A stretch of 64,000 nucleotides of DNA. Source: Planctomycetota bacterium (lineage in GTDB: Bacteria; Planctomycetota; UBA11346). The notes beneath the pieces are model-generated. The model made no database searches, had not been told where the DNA came from, and was given only the letters and a program-made list of their open reading frames with translations. Each line of letters starts with the position of its first letter. Within the stretch, counting starts at the first letter, position 1. Location: contig JBBRLJ010000002.1 in the NCBI GenBank assembly GCA_038231435.1, positions 96,001 to 160,000 on the forward strand, given 5' to 3'. The position numbers were made by a program, and so were the translations under genes. This document shows, in pieces, positions 30,437 to 39,892 of this stretch.

Positions 30437-31458
30437 GCCTTGCTCCAGTCGAAGAGGATGCCCATGGTCTCGCCGCGCCGCGACTCGGACGTGGAATACG
30501 CCTCGGCGGCCTGGCTCGGCGCGAAGGTGTGCGTGGCCAGACCATCGAGTGGGAAACGGCCGTTCGAAGCCATATCGAAGAACAGGCGGTGGTAGCGATC
30601 GGAATTCCAGCCTGGATCCTCGTGGCCGTCGTGGGCGCCGACGATGGTCAGTCCCTTCATGATCAGGTCCGAGGACAGGTGCTGCTGCGCGGGCTTGCCG
30701 GTGTCGCCTATCACCAGCACGCGTCCGCGCGCGGCGGTCAGGCCGAGCGCCGCGCCGAGCACGGCCGGGTGGCCGGTCGCGTCCACGACCACACCTGGCA
30801 GCGCGCCGCCGAAGGCGGCGCGCACCGCGTCTGCCGCGTCCGCGACCGGCATGGCGATGGTCGTCGCGGCGCCGCCGCGCAGCGCGGCAGGCAGGCGATC
30901 GGCGAATGGATCCAGCGCCACCACCCGGTGCGCGCCCGACGCCAGCGCCCAGCGCAGACTCATCTGTCCGATCGGGCCGGCGCCGATCACCAGCACTTGC
31001 TCGCCGAGCCGGTAGGCGATGGCGCGCGCTCCCACCGCCGTGATCTTCGCCAGCGCGAACCAGGTCGCGTGCCGGGGATCCATGCCCTTCGGCACCGGGG
31101 TGACCGCGGCGGCATCGACGACGGCATGCGATGCGTGGGGATGGCGAACCGCGACGATGTCGCCCGTGGCCAAGCCGGTGACGCCCGAACCGAGGCGATC
31201 GATCTCGCCGACCAAGGCGTAGCCCGGAGTGAAGGGGTAGCGTACCCACTGGTCCCAATGGGTGCCTGGGTCGAAGCGGCGATTGAATACGATGCTCTCG
31301 GTACCGGTGCTCAGCTGCGACCAGAGCGTCTTGACCCGCACCTGCCCAGCGGCGGGTTCGCCCGGCGTCCATGGTTCGTGCACGACCTCCTTCAGGCCGG
31401 TGAAGATCAGCCGCGATCCGGCTATGAGCGGGGAAAGGGCGGCGGCGGTGGCGGGCAT
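30433..31458 (-). CDS. MDR-family dehydrogenase, YcjQ-like subtype
   Basis: SQLSTGTE and YPFTPGY (no GHE motif or structural Cys cluster), GAGPIG. Confidence 0.85.
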   Translation of the reverse strand: MPATAAALSPLIAGSRLIFTGLKEVVHEPWTPGEPAAGQVRVKTLWSQLSTGTESIVFNRRFDPGTHWDQWVRYPFTPGYALVGEIDRLGSGVTGLATGDIVAVRHPHASHAVVDAAAVTPVPKGMDPRHATWFALAKITAVGARAIAYRLGEQVLVIGAGPIGQMSLRWALASGAHRVVALDPFADRLPAALRGGAATTIAMPVADAADAVRAAFGGALPGVVVDATGHPAVLGAALGLTAARGRVLVIGDTGKPAQQHLSSDLIMKGLTIVGAHDGHEDPGWNSDRYHRLFFDMASNGRFPLDGLATHTFAPSQAAEAYSTSESRRGETMGILFDWSKA

Positions 31459-31619
31459 GCGGTCTCCGGGTTTCTGGGTGTATCCGGCGAGTTTTAACCG
31501 CTGGAATGGCTTCATCATAGCGATGTGGGGCCCGTTAACGCAATGCCGGGATGCGGACGCGACTCCGCGAAACGGCTGTCGGCGCTTGCGCGCCCAGGCG
31601 CTCAGGCTGTGATCGCCAC

Positions 31620-32477
31620 ATGCCCGCCACCGCCCATGAGCACGTACCGGCTTCGCGCGGCTCCGGCCACGCGGCGCTGGCGCGCTTCTTCGCCGGGCCG
31701 CCGTTGCCGTTCGTCACCGCCGGGCGCCATGCCGTCACGGCAGACAGCGGACGCCACGATCACGAATCGATCGAGATTGTCCTTCACCACAGTGGATGTG
31801 GTGCCATCAGCACCGACGACGTCGGCGACCTCCCTTTCGGTGCCGGCAGCGCAACCATCCACCCGCCGCTGGTCGCGCACGACCAGCACATGGCCTCGCC
31901 GGGCGAGGACATGTGCGTGCAGCTGCGCGCCGCTCGCCCGCTACCTGTGCCGCTGCGCCGCACCTTCTGTGTGCCGGCGGTACCCGACTGGTTGGCGAGC
32001 GAATGCGCCGCCATCGCAGCGGGCGGCATCGCGCGGGGCGCGCTCGACGCTGCGGGACTGAGCCTGCGCGCCAGCGCCGCGCTCGCGTCGCTGGCCGCGC
32101 TCGCCGTGCCTGCCAGGGAGCGGACGGACGCCGAGATGACCGGACGCGATGCCGACGGCGCGATGGCGGCGTGCCGCGCATTCCTCGCCGCGCGCTATCG
32201 CGATCCGATCGGCATTCCCGAACTCGCCAAGCACGTTGGGCTCAGCCCGGACCACCTCCGCCACCGTTTCTCGCGCACCCATGGCATGGGCGTGGTCCCG
32301 TTTCTGCGCGCGCTGCGCATCGCACGCGCCAAGGAGCTGCTCGAGCACGCACCGCTGACCCTCGCCGAGATCGCCAGCATGTGCGGGTTCGGCACCGACC
32401 GCTATTTCTCCGAGATATTCCGGCGTTCGACCGGTCTCACACCGGGCGCATATCGGCGCGACAAGGCGGGACGCTGA
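31620..32477 (+). CDS. AraC family transcriptional regulator
   Basis: H.H...E cupin; LRIARAKELL, IA..CGF....YFS..F....G.TP..YR. Confidence 0.9.
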   Translation: MPATAHEHVPASRGSGHAALARFFAGPPLPFVTAGRHAVTADSGRHDHESIEIVLHHSGCGAISTDDVGDLPFGAGSATIHPPLVAHDQHMASPGEDMCVQLRAARPLPVPLRRTFCVPAVPDWLASECAAIAAGGIARGALDAAGLSLRASAALASLAALAVPARERTDAEMTGRDADGAMAACRAFLAARYRDPIGIPELAKHVGLSPDHLRHRFSRTHGMGVVPFLRALRIARAKELLEHAPLTLAEIASMCGFGTDRYFSEIFRRSTGLTPGAYRRDKAGR

Positions 32478-32572
32478 GCCGTCAACTGGTGATGCATGCT
32501 TCGCTAGAGACTCATGGCGCGGCGGACAGCGTCACCGATGGCATGGGCGGAGGCTATTGTTCACGCACGCTT

Positions 32573-32723
32573 ATTGCGGGGGCTTTGCCCCCGGGCCCCC
32601 ACGACTTTTGTCGTCCTTCGTTCCGCCCGCCGGGCGGCCGAAACGTTTGCGCGATGGGCTGCGCCCATGGTTCACGCACACCAGGACTCGGCAGTCGGAG
32701 GAGGGCTTCGGGTCCGGACCTCC
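32573..32723 (-). repeat. structured intergenic repeat, copy C (divergent)
   Basis: same order of motifs as copies A and B (GGGGC-nnn-GCCCC hairpin, CCCCAC, TTTGTC, GATGGGCTGCGCCCAT, TCGGC) with different but pairing stems. Confidence 0.7.
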
Positions 32724-32729
32724 GGCGAA

Positions 32730-34556
32730 TCAGCCGGCGGCGGCCTTGCGCTTCTCTTCCAGTTCGTGCCAGCGCGAATAGAGGCGGTCGACCTCGGCCT
32801 GCGATTCGGCGAGGCGGGTGCACGCGCGTTCGAGCTCGACCGGGTCCGAGGACACGGTGGGGTTGGCGATCGCCTGCTCGGCCTTCTCGATCTCGGCTTC
32901 GGCGGTGGCGATCGACTCCTCCATGCGCTCGAGTTCGCGGTTCTCCTTCGGCGAGAGACCCGCGGCGGCGGGTTTGCGCTGGGATCCGGCGCGCGCGGCG
33001 CCGCCGGAGCGGTTGGTGATCTTCTCGGTACCCAGCACCAGGCGCTCCTGCGCCTGCTGCCACTGGGAATAATCGGCGAAGGGATGGACCCCGCCGGCGC
33101 CGTCGAGGGCGAGCAGGTTGGTGGAGACGCGCGAGAGCATGAAGCGGTCATGCGTGACCAGCACCACCGCTCCGGGGAACTCGATCAGGCTCTCCTCGAG
33201 CACCTCGAGCGACGGGATGTCGAGATCATTGGTCGGTTCGTCCAGGAGCAGCAGATCCGCCGACTGCAGCATCAGCAGGCTGATCAGGATGCGCGCCTGC
33301 TCGCCGCCCGAGAGCGTGCCGACTTCGAGATCGAGCTGCTCGTGCTTGAACAGGAAGCGTTTCGCCCACGACATCAGGTGGATGGGGTGATTGCGGTAGA
33401 GCACGGTCTCGCCGTTCGGGCACAGCGTCTTGCGCAGCGTGCGTTTCGGGTCGAGGCGGGTGCGGTCCTGGTGGAATACCACCGTGCGCAGCTCCAGCGC
33501 GCGCTTGATGGTGCCGGCATCGGGCTGGATCTCGCCGGCGATCGCGCGCAGCAGCGTGGATTTGCCACTGCCGTTGCGGCCGAGCAGGCCGAGGCGCGTG
33601 CCGGGCCCGAGCGCCAGGTCGAGCCCGTCGAACAGCTTCTTGCCGCCGAGGGTCTTCGAGATGCCCTTGGCCACCACCAGGTCGTTGGTGCGACGGCCGC
33701 TGGCATCGAAGTCGATGTCGACGGTGCGGGTCTGCGAATTCCGCCAGGACACCTCCTTCAGCTCGTCGATCAGCCGGCCGGCCTCTTTGATGCGGCCCTC
33801 GGACTTGGTGGTGCGCGCCTTGGGCGCCTTCTTCAGCCACTCTTCCTCGCGCCGGACGCGGTTGCTGAGCGTCTCCTGGCGCGACTGCTGGATCTCGAGG
33901 TTCTGCTGGCGATGGACCAGGAATTCATTGTAGCCGCCGATCGAACTGAAGCAGCCGCCGTCGTGGCGCGGATCCACCTCGACGATGCGCGTGGCGACGC
34001 GTTCGAGGAAGTAGCGGTCGTGGCTCGCGACCACGCACGCGAAGGTGGCGTTCGAGAGCAGGCGTTCGAGCCACATCACCCCGTCGAGGTCGAGATGGTT
34101 GGTGGGCTCGTCCATCAGCAGGAGATCGGGCGTGAGCGCGAACTCGCGCACGATGGCCAGGCGCTTGCGCCAGCCGCCGGACAGGCTCGACACCGCCTGC
34201 TCGAGATCGGCGAAGCCGGCCTTGCTCAGCGCGATGGCGGACTCGGCCTCGGCTTCGTGGGCGTCCAAGCCGAGCTTGACCAACGCCGCGGCGATGGCCG
34301 CGACCACCGTCTGGCTGGTCACGAACTCGTCGGCCTGGGCGAGGTAGCCGAGGCGCATGCCCTTCGCCGCCGAGCGCACGCCGGCGTCGGCCTCTTCACG
34401 CCCAGCCATGATCCGCAGCAAGGTCGACTTGCCCGCGCCATTGGGGCCGATCAGACCGACGCGCTCGGCCTCGTTCACGTCCAATGACAGGCCCTCGAAC
34501 AGCGGATGGGCGCTGTAGGCCTTGGCGAGATCGCGACACGAGAGCAGCGGCGGCAT
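32730..34556 (-). CDS. uup: ABC-F family ATPase (Uup-like)
   Basis: two ABC domains (GPNGAGKST/LSGG/DEPTNHLD; GRNGSGKST/LSGGE/DEPTNDLD), KARTTK linker, C-terminal coiled coil ending RW.EL. Confidence 0.9.
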   Translation of the reverse strand: MPPLLSCRDLAKAYSAHPLFEGLSLDVNEAERVGLIGPNGAGKSTLLRIMAGREEADAGVRSAAKGMRLGYLAQADEFVTSQTVVAAIAAALVKLGLDAHEAEAESAIALSKAGFADLEQAVSSLSGGWRKRLAIVREFALTPDLLLMDEPTNHLDLDGVMWLERLLSNATFACVVASHDRYFLERVATRIVEVDPRHDGGCFSSIGGYNEFLVHRQQNLEIQQSRQETLSNRVRREEEWLKKAPKARTTKSEGRIKEAGRLIDELKEVSWRNSQTRTVDIDFDASGRRTNDLVVAKGISKTLGGKKLFDGLDLALGPGTRLGLLGRNGSGKSTLLRAIAGEIQPDAGTIKRALELRTVVFHQDRTRLDPKRTLRKTLCPNGETVLYRNHPIHLMSWAKRFLFKHEQLDLEVGTLSGGEQARILISLLMLQSADLLLLDEPTNDLDIPSLEVLEESLIEFPGAVVLVTHDRFMLSRVSTNLLALDGAGGVHPFADYSQWQQAQERLVLGTEKITNRSGGAARAGSQRKPAAAGLSPKENRELERMEESIATAEAEIEKAEQAIANPTVSSDPVELERACTRLAESQAEVDRLYSRWHELEEKRKAAAG

Positions 34557-34699
34557 GGTCGGGACAGGATACCGGGAAACACCTGGGCACAATACCGCTG
34601 GCGGGGTGAGTGGCCGCCTGCGCTACCGCCCGGACCGGGCAGCAAGCACGCGCAGAGCATAATTGCGGCTCGCCGCCGCTGCCCGTAGGCTGAGCAGAG

Positions 34700-36529
34700 A
34701 TGATCCCGAAGCGCCATTACGGTTCGGTGAGCCTGGCGATCGCCGCGGCTGGATTCGTCGCGGTCGAGGTCGCCATCCGCCGGGGATGGCTCGCCGGCAA
34801 CAGCGGCACGATGCTCGCCGCCGCCTTCGAGGCCGGGACCATCGGCGGGGTCGCCGACTGGTTCGCGGTCTCGGCCCTGTTCCACCACGTGCCGATTCCG
34901 TTCCTCGGACGGCATACGAACATCATCGTGCGCCAACGCGCGCGCATCACCGAGAACATCGTCGACATGGTCGAGGAGCAGTGGCTCGCGCCGGACGTGA
35001 TCGGCGCGCAGCTGGGCAACCTGGTCAATTCCGGCACCATGCTCGCCTGGCTCGACGATCCCGCCCGCCGCGGACAGGCCGCCTCGCTGGCCAAGCACGC
35101 CCTGGCGCTGTGCGCGCGCGAACTCGATAGCCCGGAAGCCGCGAGCCTCCTCTCGCGGGTGGTGATGGACCAGTTGGCGTCGCTCGACCTGGCCAAGCCG
35201 ATCGGCGCGTGGATAGGCAGCATGGTCGACCGCGGCGAGCACGCCCCGGCATGGACGGGCCTGTTGCGCGCGGTCGAGGACGACATCGATGCGCCTGAGA
35301 CCCGAGCCATCGCCCGCGGCCTGGTCAAGGACGCGCTCGCCGCCTGCCTGCCGCAGATCCTCGATCGCGCGGCGCAGGGCGAATCGGCCGCGGTGGTGCT
35401 CGCCGAGCTGCGCAGGCTACTGCTGTCCCTGGACCTGTCGCGGCCGATCGGCGAATGGCTGGCCCAGGCGGTGCGCCGCCGCGATCACGATCCCCTGAGC
35501 GAGGGCCTGGTGGACGCGATGCGCGGCGACCTCGCGGCTTCCTCCGAATTCAAGGAGCTGATCGAGGGGCTGGTGCGCGACGCGCTCGAGCGCTGGAAGA
35601 GCCGCGGCTGGAAGGAGCGCCTGCTCGGCGGGGGCGCCGAGGCCTTCGGCGCGCTGCGCCATGACGCCATCGCCGCCGATGTGCTGGCCGCGGTGGACGG
35701 CGCGCTGGCGCAGGCCAAGAGCGACCCGACGCATCCGCTGCGCAAGAAGCTCGACGCGACGCTCCTGGAATTCGCCAGCCGCCTGTCGGCGGGCGACGCG
35801 GCGCTCAGTGCGCCGGTGCAGAAGCTCTCGCGTGAGCTGATCGAGCGAGCCGATCTCGGCGCCCTGCTGACGGGCGTCTGCGCCTGGCTCAAACGCGCGC
35901 TGGTGGCCGACACCGAAACCGGGAAAGACGCTGGCGGCTCCCTGATCGACTACGATGCGATCGCGGGCGCCGCCACCGCGGCGATCGGCACCCTGCTGAA
36001 GGATGCGCGCGGACGCACCGACCATCCGATCCGCGTGCGCGTCGACGCCGAGATCCGCGCGTTCGCGAGCCGCATGGAGCAGGGCGAGCCGGCGGCGACC
36101 GCCCAGGTGACGCGCCTGCAGGAACGCTTCCTCGCCAACGTCGACCTCACCCAGGCGATGCGCGGATCGCTGTCGCGCATGAAGGCGACGGTCACCGACC
36201 AGCTCGCCGACGGCTCGAGCCCCCTCCTGCAATTGCTGTCGCGCCTGCTCGACGGCATGGTCGAGGGCCTGCGCTCCGATGCCGTGCGGCGCGAGCGGCT
36301 CGACCAGTGGCTGCGTGCGGCGATCATCGAGCTCGTGCACAAACACCACGACCTGGTGGGCCGGATGGTGCGGGCGAGCCTCGATCCCAAGACCCTGAGC
36401 AACGAGCAGCTGGTGGCGCAGATCGAATCGAAGGTGGGCGACGATCTGCAATACATCCGCCTGAACGGCGCGATCGTCGGCGGCATGGTCGGAGTGGGGC
36501 TGGCGGCGCTGAAGATCTACGCGTTCTGA
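34700..36529 (+). CDS. DUF445 family membrane protein, extended
   Basis: EAG.IGG.ADWFAV.ALF...P....HT.II N-terminus; IE.KVG.DLQYIRLNGA.VGG..G C-terminus. Confidence 0.9.
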   Translation: MIPKRHYGSVSLAIAAAGFVAVEVAIRRGWLAGNSGTMLAAAFEAGTIGGVADWFAVSALFHHVPIPFLGRHTNIIVRQRARITENIVDMVEEQWLAPDVIGAQLGNLVNSGTMLAWLDDPARRGQAASLAKHALALCARELDSPEAASLLSRVVMDQLASLDLAKPIGAWIGSMVDRGEHAPAWTGLLRAVEDDIDAPETRAIARGLVKDALAACLPQILDRAAQGESAAVVLAELRRLLLSLDLSRPIGEWLAQAVRRRDHDPLSEGLVDAMRGDLAASSEFKELIEGLVRDALERWKSRGWKERLLGGGAEAFGALRHDAIAADVLAAVDGALAQAKSDPTHPLRKKLDATLLEFASRLSAGDAALSAPVQKLSRELIERADLGALLTGVCAWLKRALVADTETGKDAGGSLIDYDAIAGAATAAIGTLLKDARGRTDHPIRVRVDAEIRAFASRMEQGEPAATAQVTRLQERFLANVDLTQAMRGSLSRMKATVTDQLADGSSPLLQLLSRLLDGMVEGLRSDAVRRERLDQWLRAAIIELVHKHHDLVGRMVRASLDPKTLSNEQLVAQIESKVGDDLQYIRLNGAIVGGMVGVGLAALKIYAF

Positions 36530-36637
36530 ACCCGGGTCCGCTGGGGCCAATACATGGGTTTGGCCTTCGGCCGCCTGCCGCCACCGGGCAATTGGACAAG
36601 GGATGGCGGGGACACGGTTCGTGCGGTATCCTCCCCC

Positions 36638-37243
36638 ATGCACGCCAAATCCTCGCGCCTCCACATCGCCACCAAGCACCGCAAGCTGCGCGGCGAGGAC
36701 TGGGTGATCTCGGAGATGATGCTCGACCGAGCCATCGACGCCATCAACCGGCGCATCGTCCTGGTACGACGCTACGACGTGCCGTACCTCGCCGGCTACA
36801 GCCTCGACGGCAAGACCATCTACATCGACAAGGACCTGCCGACCGGATTCACCACGCGTGGCCAGCGGGTGAAGACCGACCGCTACCTGATTCTGCACGA
36901 GGCGGTCGAGAAGAGCATCCTGCTGCACTTCGGCATGAAGTACCAGCACGCCCACCAGATCGCGCTGCGCGCCGAGCAGGCCGCGGTGCGCGCCGATGGC
37001 GTGTCGTGGGCCGAGTACGACGCCTTCATGCAGGACTGCATCAAGGAGGCCGCCGAGGACCACTCGATGATCCTGCCCCACGACCTCGACCTGACGCCCT
37101 ACATCGACGAGCACGACGACGAGATCCTGACGCGCATGCGCGCCTGCATGGCCAAGCCCACGGGCAAGGCATCGTCATCCTCATCCACGAGGAAATCGAG
37201 CCGCAAGCTCGCCGTGGCCGGCGGGGCCAGCAGGAAGAGCTGA
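36638..37243 (+). CDS. hypothetical protein with HExxE...HAH putative metal-binding motif
   Basis: strong GC3 codon bias; YDVPYLAGYS.DG.TIYID, LHEAVEK, YQHAHQ. Confidence 0.75.
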   Translation: MHAKSSRLHIATKHRKLRGEDWVISEMMLDRAIDAINRRIVLVRRYDVPYLAGYSLDGKTIYIDKDLPTGFTTRGQRVKTDRYLILHEAVEKSILLHFGMKYQHAHQIALRAEQAAVRADGVSWAEYDAFMQDCIKEAAEDHSMILPHDLDLTPYIDEHDDEILTRMRACMAKPTGKASSSSSTRKSSRKLAVAGGASRKS

Positions 37244-37297
37244 GCGTCAACGTCAACGTAAGCCGCGCCAGCGCTCGTCCCGATCAGCTTCGCGGAT

Positions 37298-38674
37298 TCA
37301 CCGAGGATTCACCAGGTGATAGGCCTTCGGCTGGGTGAAGGCCTTGATGCCATAGGTCGAGAGCGTGCTGCCGATCCCTGACCAGCCGCGCCCGGTCCAG
37401 GGCAAGCGAGGGCTGACGCGGTCGCAGCAGTTCCAGTACGCCGAGCCCGATGACACCGCGGCGAGGATCTCCTCGGCGCGTGCGCGATCGCGGGTGTAGA
37501 CGCCCGCGGTGAGGCCGTAGCGGGTGTCGTTCATCAGCCGCACGGCCTCGATGTCGTCGTGCACCTTCATGATGCCGATGAGCGGCCCGAAGGTCTCCTC
37601 GCGCATCACCTCCATCGAGTGGTCGACATCCAGCAGCACGGTGGGCTCGAAGAACGCGCCCGCGCGCGCGAGCCGCTTGCCGCCGCAGACCACGCGCGCG
37701 CCCTTTGCTACGGCGTCGGCGACCTGGCGATCGAGCACATCGAGATGCACGGCGCGGGTGATCGCGCCGATGTAGGTGGATTCCCGCGTCGGGTCCCCCA
37801 CCTCGAAGCCGGTGACGACCCGAACGAATGCTGCGACGAACTCGTCGTAGACGCGCTCGTGCACGTACAGGCGCTCGATCGCACAACAGCTCTGGCCAGC
37901 GTTGTAGAACGCTCCGTCCGCGGTGGCGGACGCGACGCTCGCCGCGTCCACGTCGTCGCGTACGTAGACCGGATCCTTGCCGCCGAGCTCGAGCTGGACC
38001 TTGATCATGCGCGGTGCGACGGTCTCGGCGATCTTCTGGCCGGTCACGTAGCTGCCGGTGAAGAACACCCCGTCCACGGGCAGCTCGAGCAGCGCCGCGC
38101 CCGCCGCGCCGCTGCCGATGATCGGGATGAAGACGTCCTCGGGGACACCGGCCTCGCGCATCAGGCGCGCGATCTCGATGCCGGTGAGGGTCGCGTATTC
38201 GGACGGCTTGTAGAGCACCGCGTTGCCGCACAAGAGCGCGGGAATGAACACGTTGCTGCCCACGAACCAGGGATAATTCCAGGCCGAGACGTTGGCGATG
38301 ACGCCGAGCGGCTCGTGCACGATGCGTTCCTCGAGGCCCTTGGCGGCATCGGTCGCCACCACCTCGTCGGCGATGGCGCGCTGGACCTGCTCGAGGAAGA
38401 AGCCGTAGCGTGCGTCGACGTTGGCGACCTCGCTGCGCGCCTGGGTGATCGGCTTGCCAGTCTCGAGCGTGAGCGTGCGCGCGAGATCCTCGACGCCCGC
38501 CGCCACCAGCTGGCGGAAGCGCGCGATCGCCGCCATGCGCGCCGCCAGCGGCGTGCGCGCCCACGGCTTCTGCGCGGCGCGCGCGCGCACGTAGGCGGCG
38601 CGGATACTGTCGGCGGAGTCCTCGGGGATCTCGCGCACCACGGCGCCGGTGGCGGGATTGGTCACGCGCAGCAT
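37298..38674 (-). CDS. aldehyde dehydrogenase
   Basis: SAWNYP, FTGS, LELGGKDP, GQSCC, ETFGP. Confidence 0.93.
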   Translation of the reverse strand: MLRVTNPATGAVVREIPEDSADSIRAAYVRARAAQKPWARTPLAARMAAIARFRQLVAAGVEDLARTLTLETGKPITQARSEVANVDARYGFFLEQVQRAIADEVVATDAAKGLEERIVHEPLGVIANVSAWNYPWFVGSNVFIPALLCGNAVLYKPSEYATLTGIEIARLMREAGVPEDVFIPIIGSGAAGAALLELPVDGVFFTGSYVTGQKIAETVAPRMIKVQLELGGKDPVYVRDDVDAASVASATADGAFYNAGQSCCAIERLYVHERVYDEFVAAFVRVVTGFEVGDPTRESTYIGAITRAVHLDVLDRQVADAVAKGARVVCGGKRLARAGAFFEPTVLLDVDHSMEVMREETFGPLIGIMKVHDDIEAVRLMNDTRYGLTAGVYTRDRARAEEILAAVSSGSAYWNCCDRVSPRLPWTGRGWSGIGSTLSTYGIKAFTQPKAYHLVNPR

Positions 38675-38675
38675 G

Positions 38676-39866
38676 TCAGGACTTTCCTGAGACGGCGAAG
38701 GCGTTGGCGAAGATGCGCTGGAAGTCGGCGAGCGCGCAGACGGCCGGATTGCTCTGGTGGCAGCCGTCGGCGAGCGCGAGGTCGCAGAGCCGCGGGCCGA
38801 GCGCCGGATCCACCTTGGCCGCGACCAGGTTCGCCGGGATGCCGATCGCCGCCTTCAGGCGCGCGAGCCAGGCCAGGAAGGATCCGCCGTCGCGGCCGGG
38901 TAGACCGACCACCTCGGCGAGCGTGGCGAAGCGCTCGGGCGCGGCGGAGAGGTTGTGCGCCAGCGCGAAGTCGATCATCACCGCATTGGCGAGGCCGTGG
39001 TGCATGTCGGCGGCGGCGGACAGCGCGTGGGCGCAGGAATGGGTCACGCCCAGGCCCTTCTGGAAGGCGATCGCGCCCATCATCGACGCCATCAGCATGC
39101 CACCACGCGCCTCGATGTCAGCGGGCACGCGCACGCAGCGTTCGAGATGGCGCGCGGCCAGGCGCAGGCCCTCGAGCGCGATGCCGTCGCAGATCGGGTG
39201 GAAGTCCTTGGCCAAGTAGGCCTCGACGCAGTGGGTGAGCGCGTCCATCCCGGTCGCGGCGGTGACGCCGGCCGGCAGAGCGAGGGTGAGCTCGGGATCG
39301 GCGAATACCGCCTTCGCCAGCAGCCGCGGCGAGAATACGATGCGCTTCACGTGCGTGGCCTCGTCCGAGATCACCGCGCTGCGGCCGACCTCGCTGCCGG
39401 TGCCGGCGGTGGTCGGCAGCGCGATCAGATGCGGGATCGGCTGGTCGATCGGACGCGCGCCGGGCTTGCCGTCCTCGTAATCGAGGATCTCGCCCGGGTG
39501 GTGCGCCATCAGCGCGATGGCCTTGGCCACGTCGAGCGCCGCGCCGCCGCCGAAGCCGATGATGCCGTCGGCGCGATGCGCGCGGAAGGCGGCCACGCCG
39601 GCGGTCACCTGCGAGACGGTGGGGTTGCCCCAGATGCCGCTGAACACCTCGGCCGGCACGCCGTCGCGGGCGAACTGGCCCATGAAGTCGGCGAACACCG
39701 GCAGGGCCGCGAGTCCGCGATCGGTGACCACCAGGGGCCGCGTGACCCCACCGTCGATCAGGCTCTGCGGCACCAGGAAGCGCACCCCGGCGCCGAAGGT
39801 GATCGCGGTGGGAAAACTGAAACGGCGGGCGCTGGCGGCGGGAGAAGGAGCGGGGGATGTGGCCAT
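38676..39866 (-). CDS. iron-containing alcohol dehydrogenase
   Basis: GGGAALD, PTTAGTGSE, DALTH, HSCAH, HHG motifs; GAGGT SD. Confidence 0.93.
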   Translation of the reverse strand: MATSPAPSPAASARRFSFPTAITFGAGVRFLVPQSLIDGGVTRPLVVTDRGLAALPVFADFMGQFARDGVPAEVFSGIWGNPTVSQVTAGVAAFRAHRADGIIGFGGGAALDVAKAIALMAHHPGEILDYEDGKPGARPIDQPIPHLIALPTTAGTGSEVGRSAVISDEATHVKRIVFSPRLLAKAVFADPELTLALPAGVTAATGMDALTHCVEAYLAKDFHPICDGIALEGLRLAARHLERCVRVPADIEARGGMLMASMMGAIAFQKGLGVTHSCAHALSAAADMHHGLANAVMIDFALAHNLSAAPERFATLAEVVGLPGRDGGSFLAWLARLKAAIGIPANLVAAKVDPALGPRLCDLALADGCHQSNPAVCALADFQRIFANAFAVSGKS

Positions 39867-39892
39867 GTCTACCTCTGATGATCTCAAATGGC

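Noticed and set aside
29624..31372. Apparent 582-aa, 656-aa (9938-11908) and 744-aa (38676-40910) fusion ORFs
   Set aside because: Upstream parts are out-of-frame overlaps with the neighbouring gene; real starts are at ATGA overlaps or after an SD.
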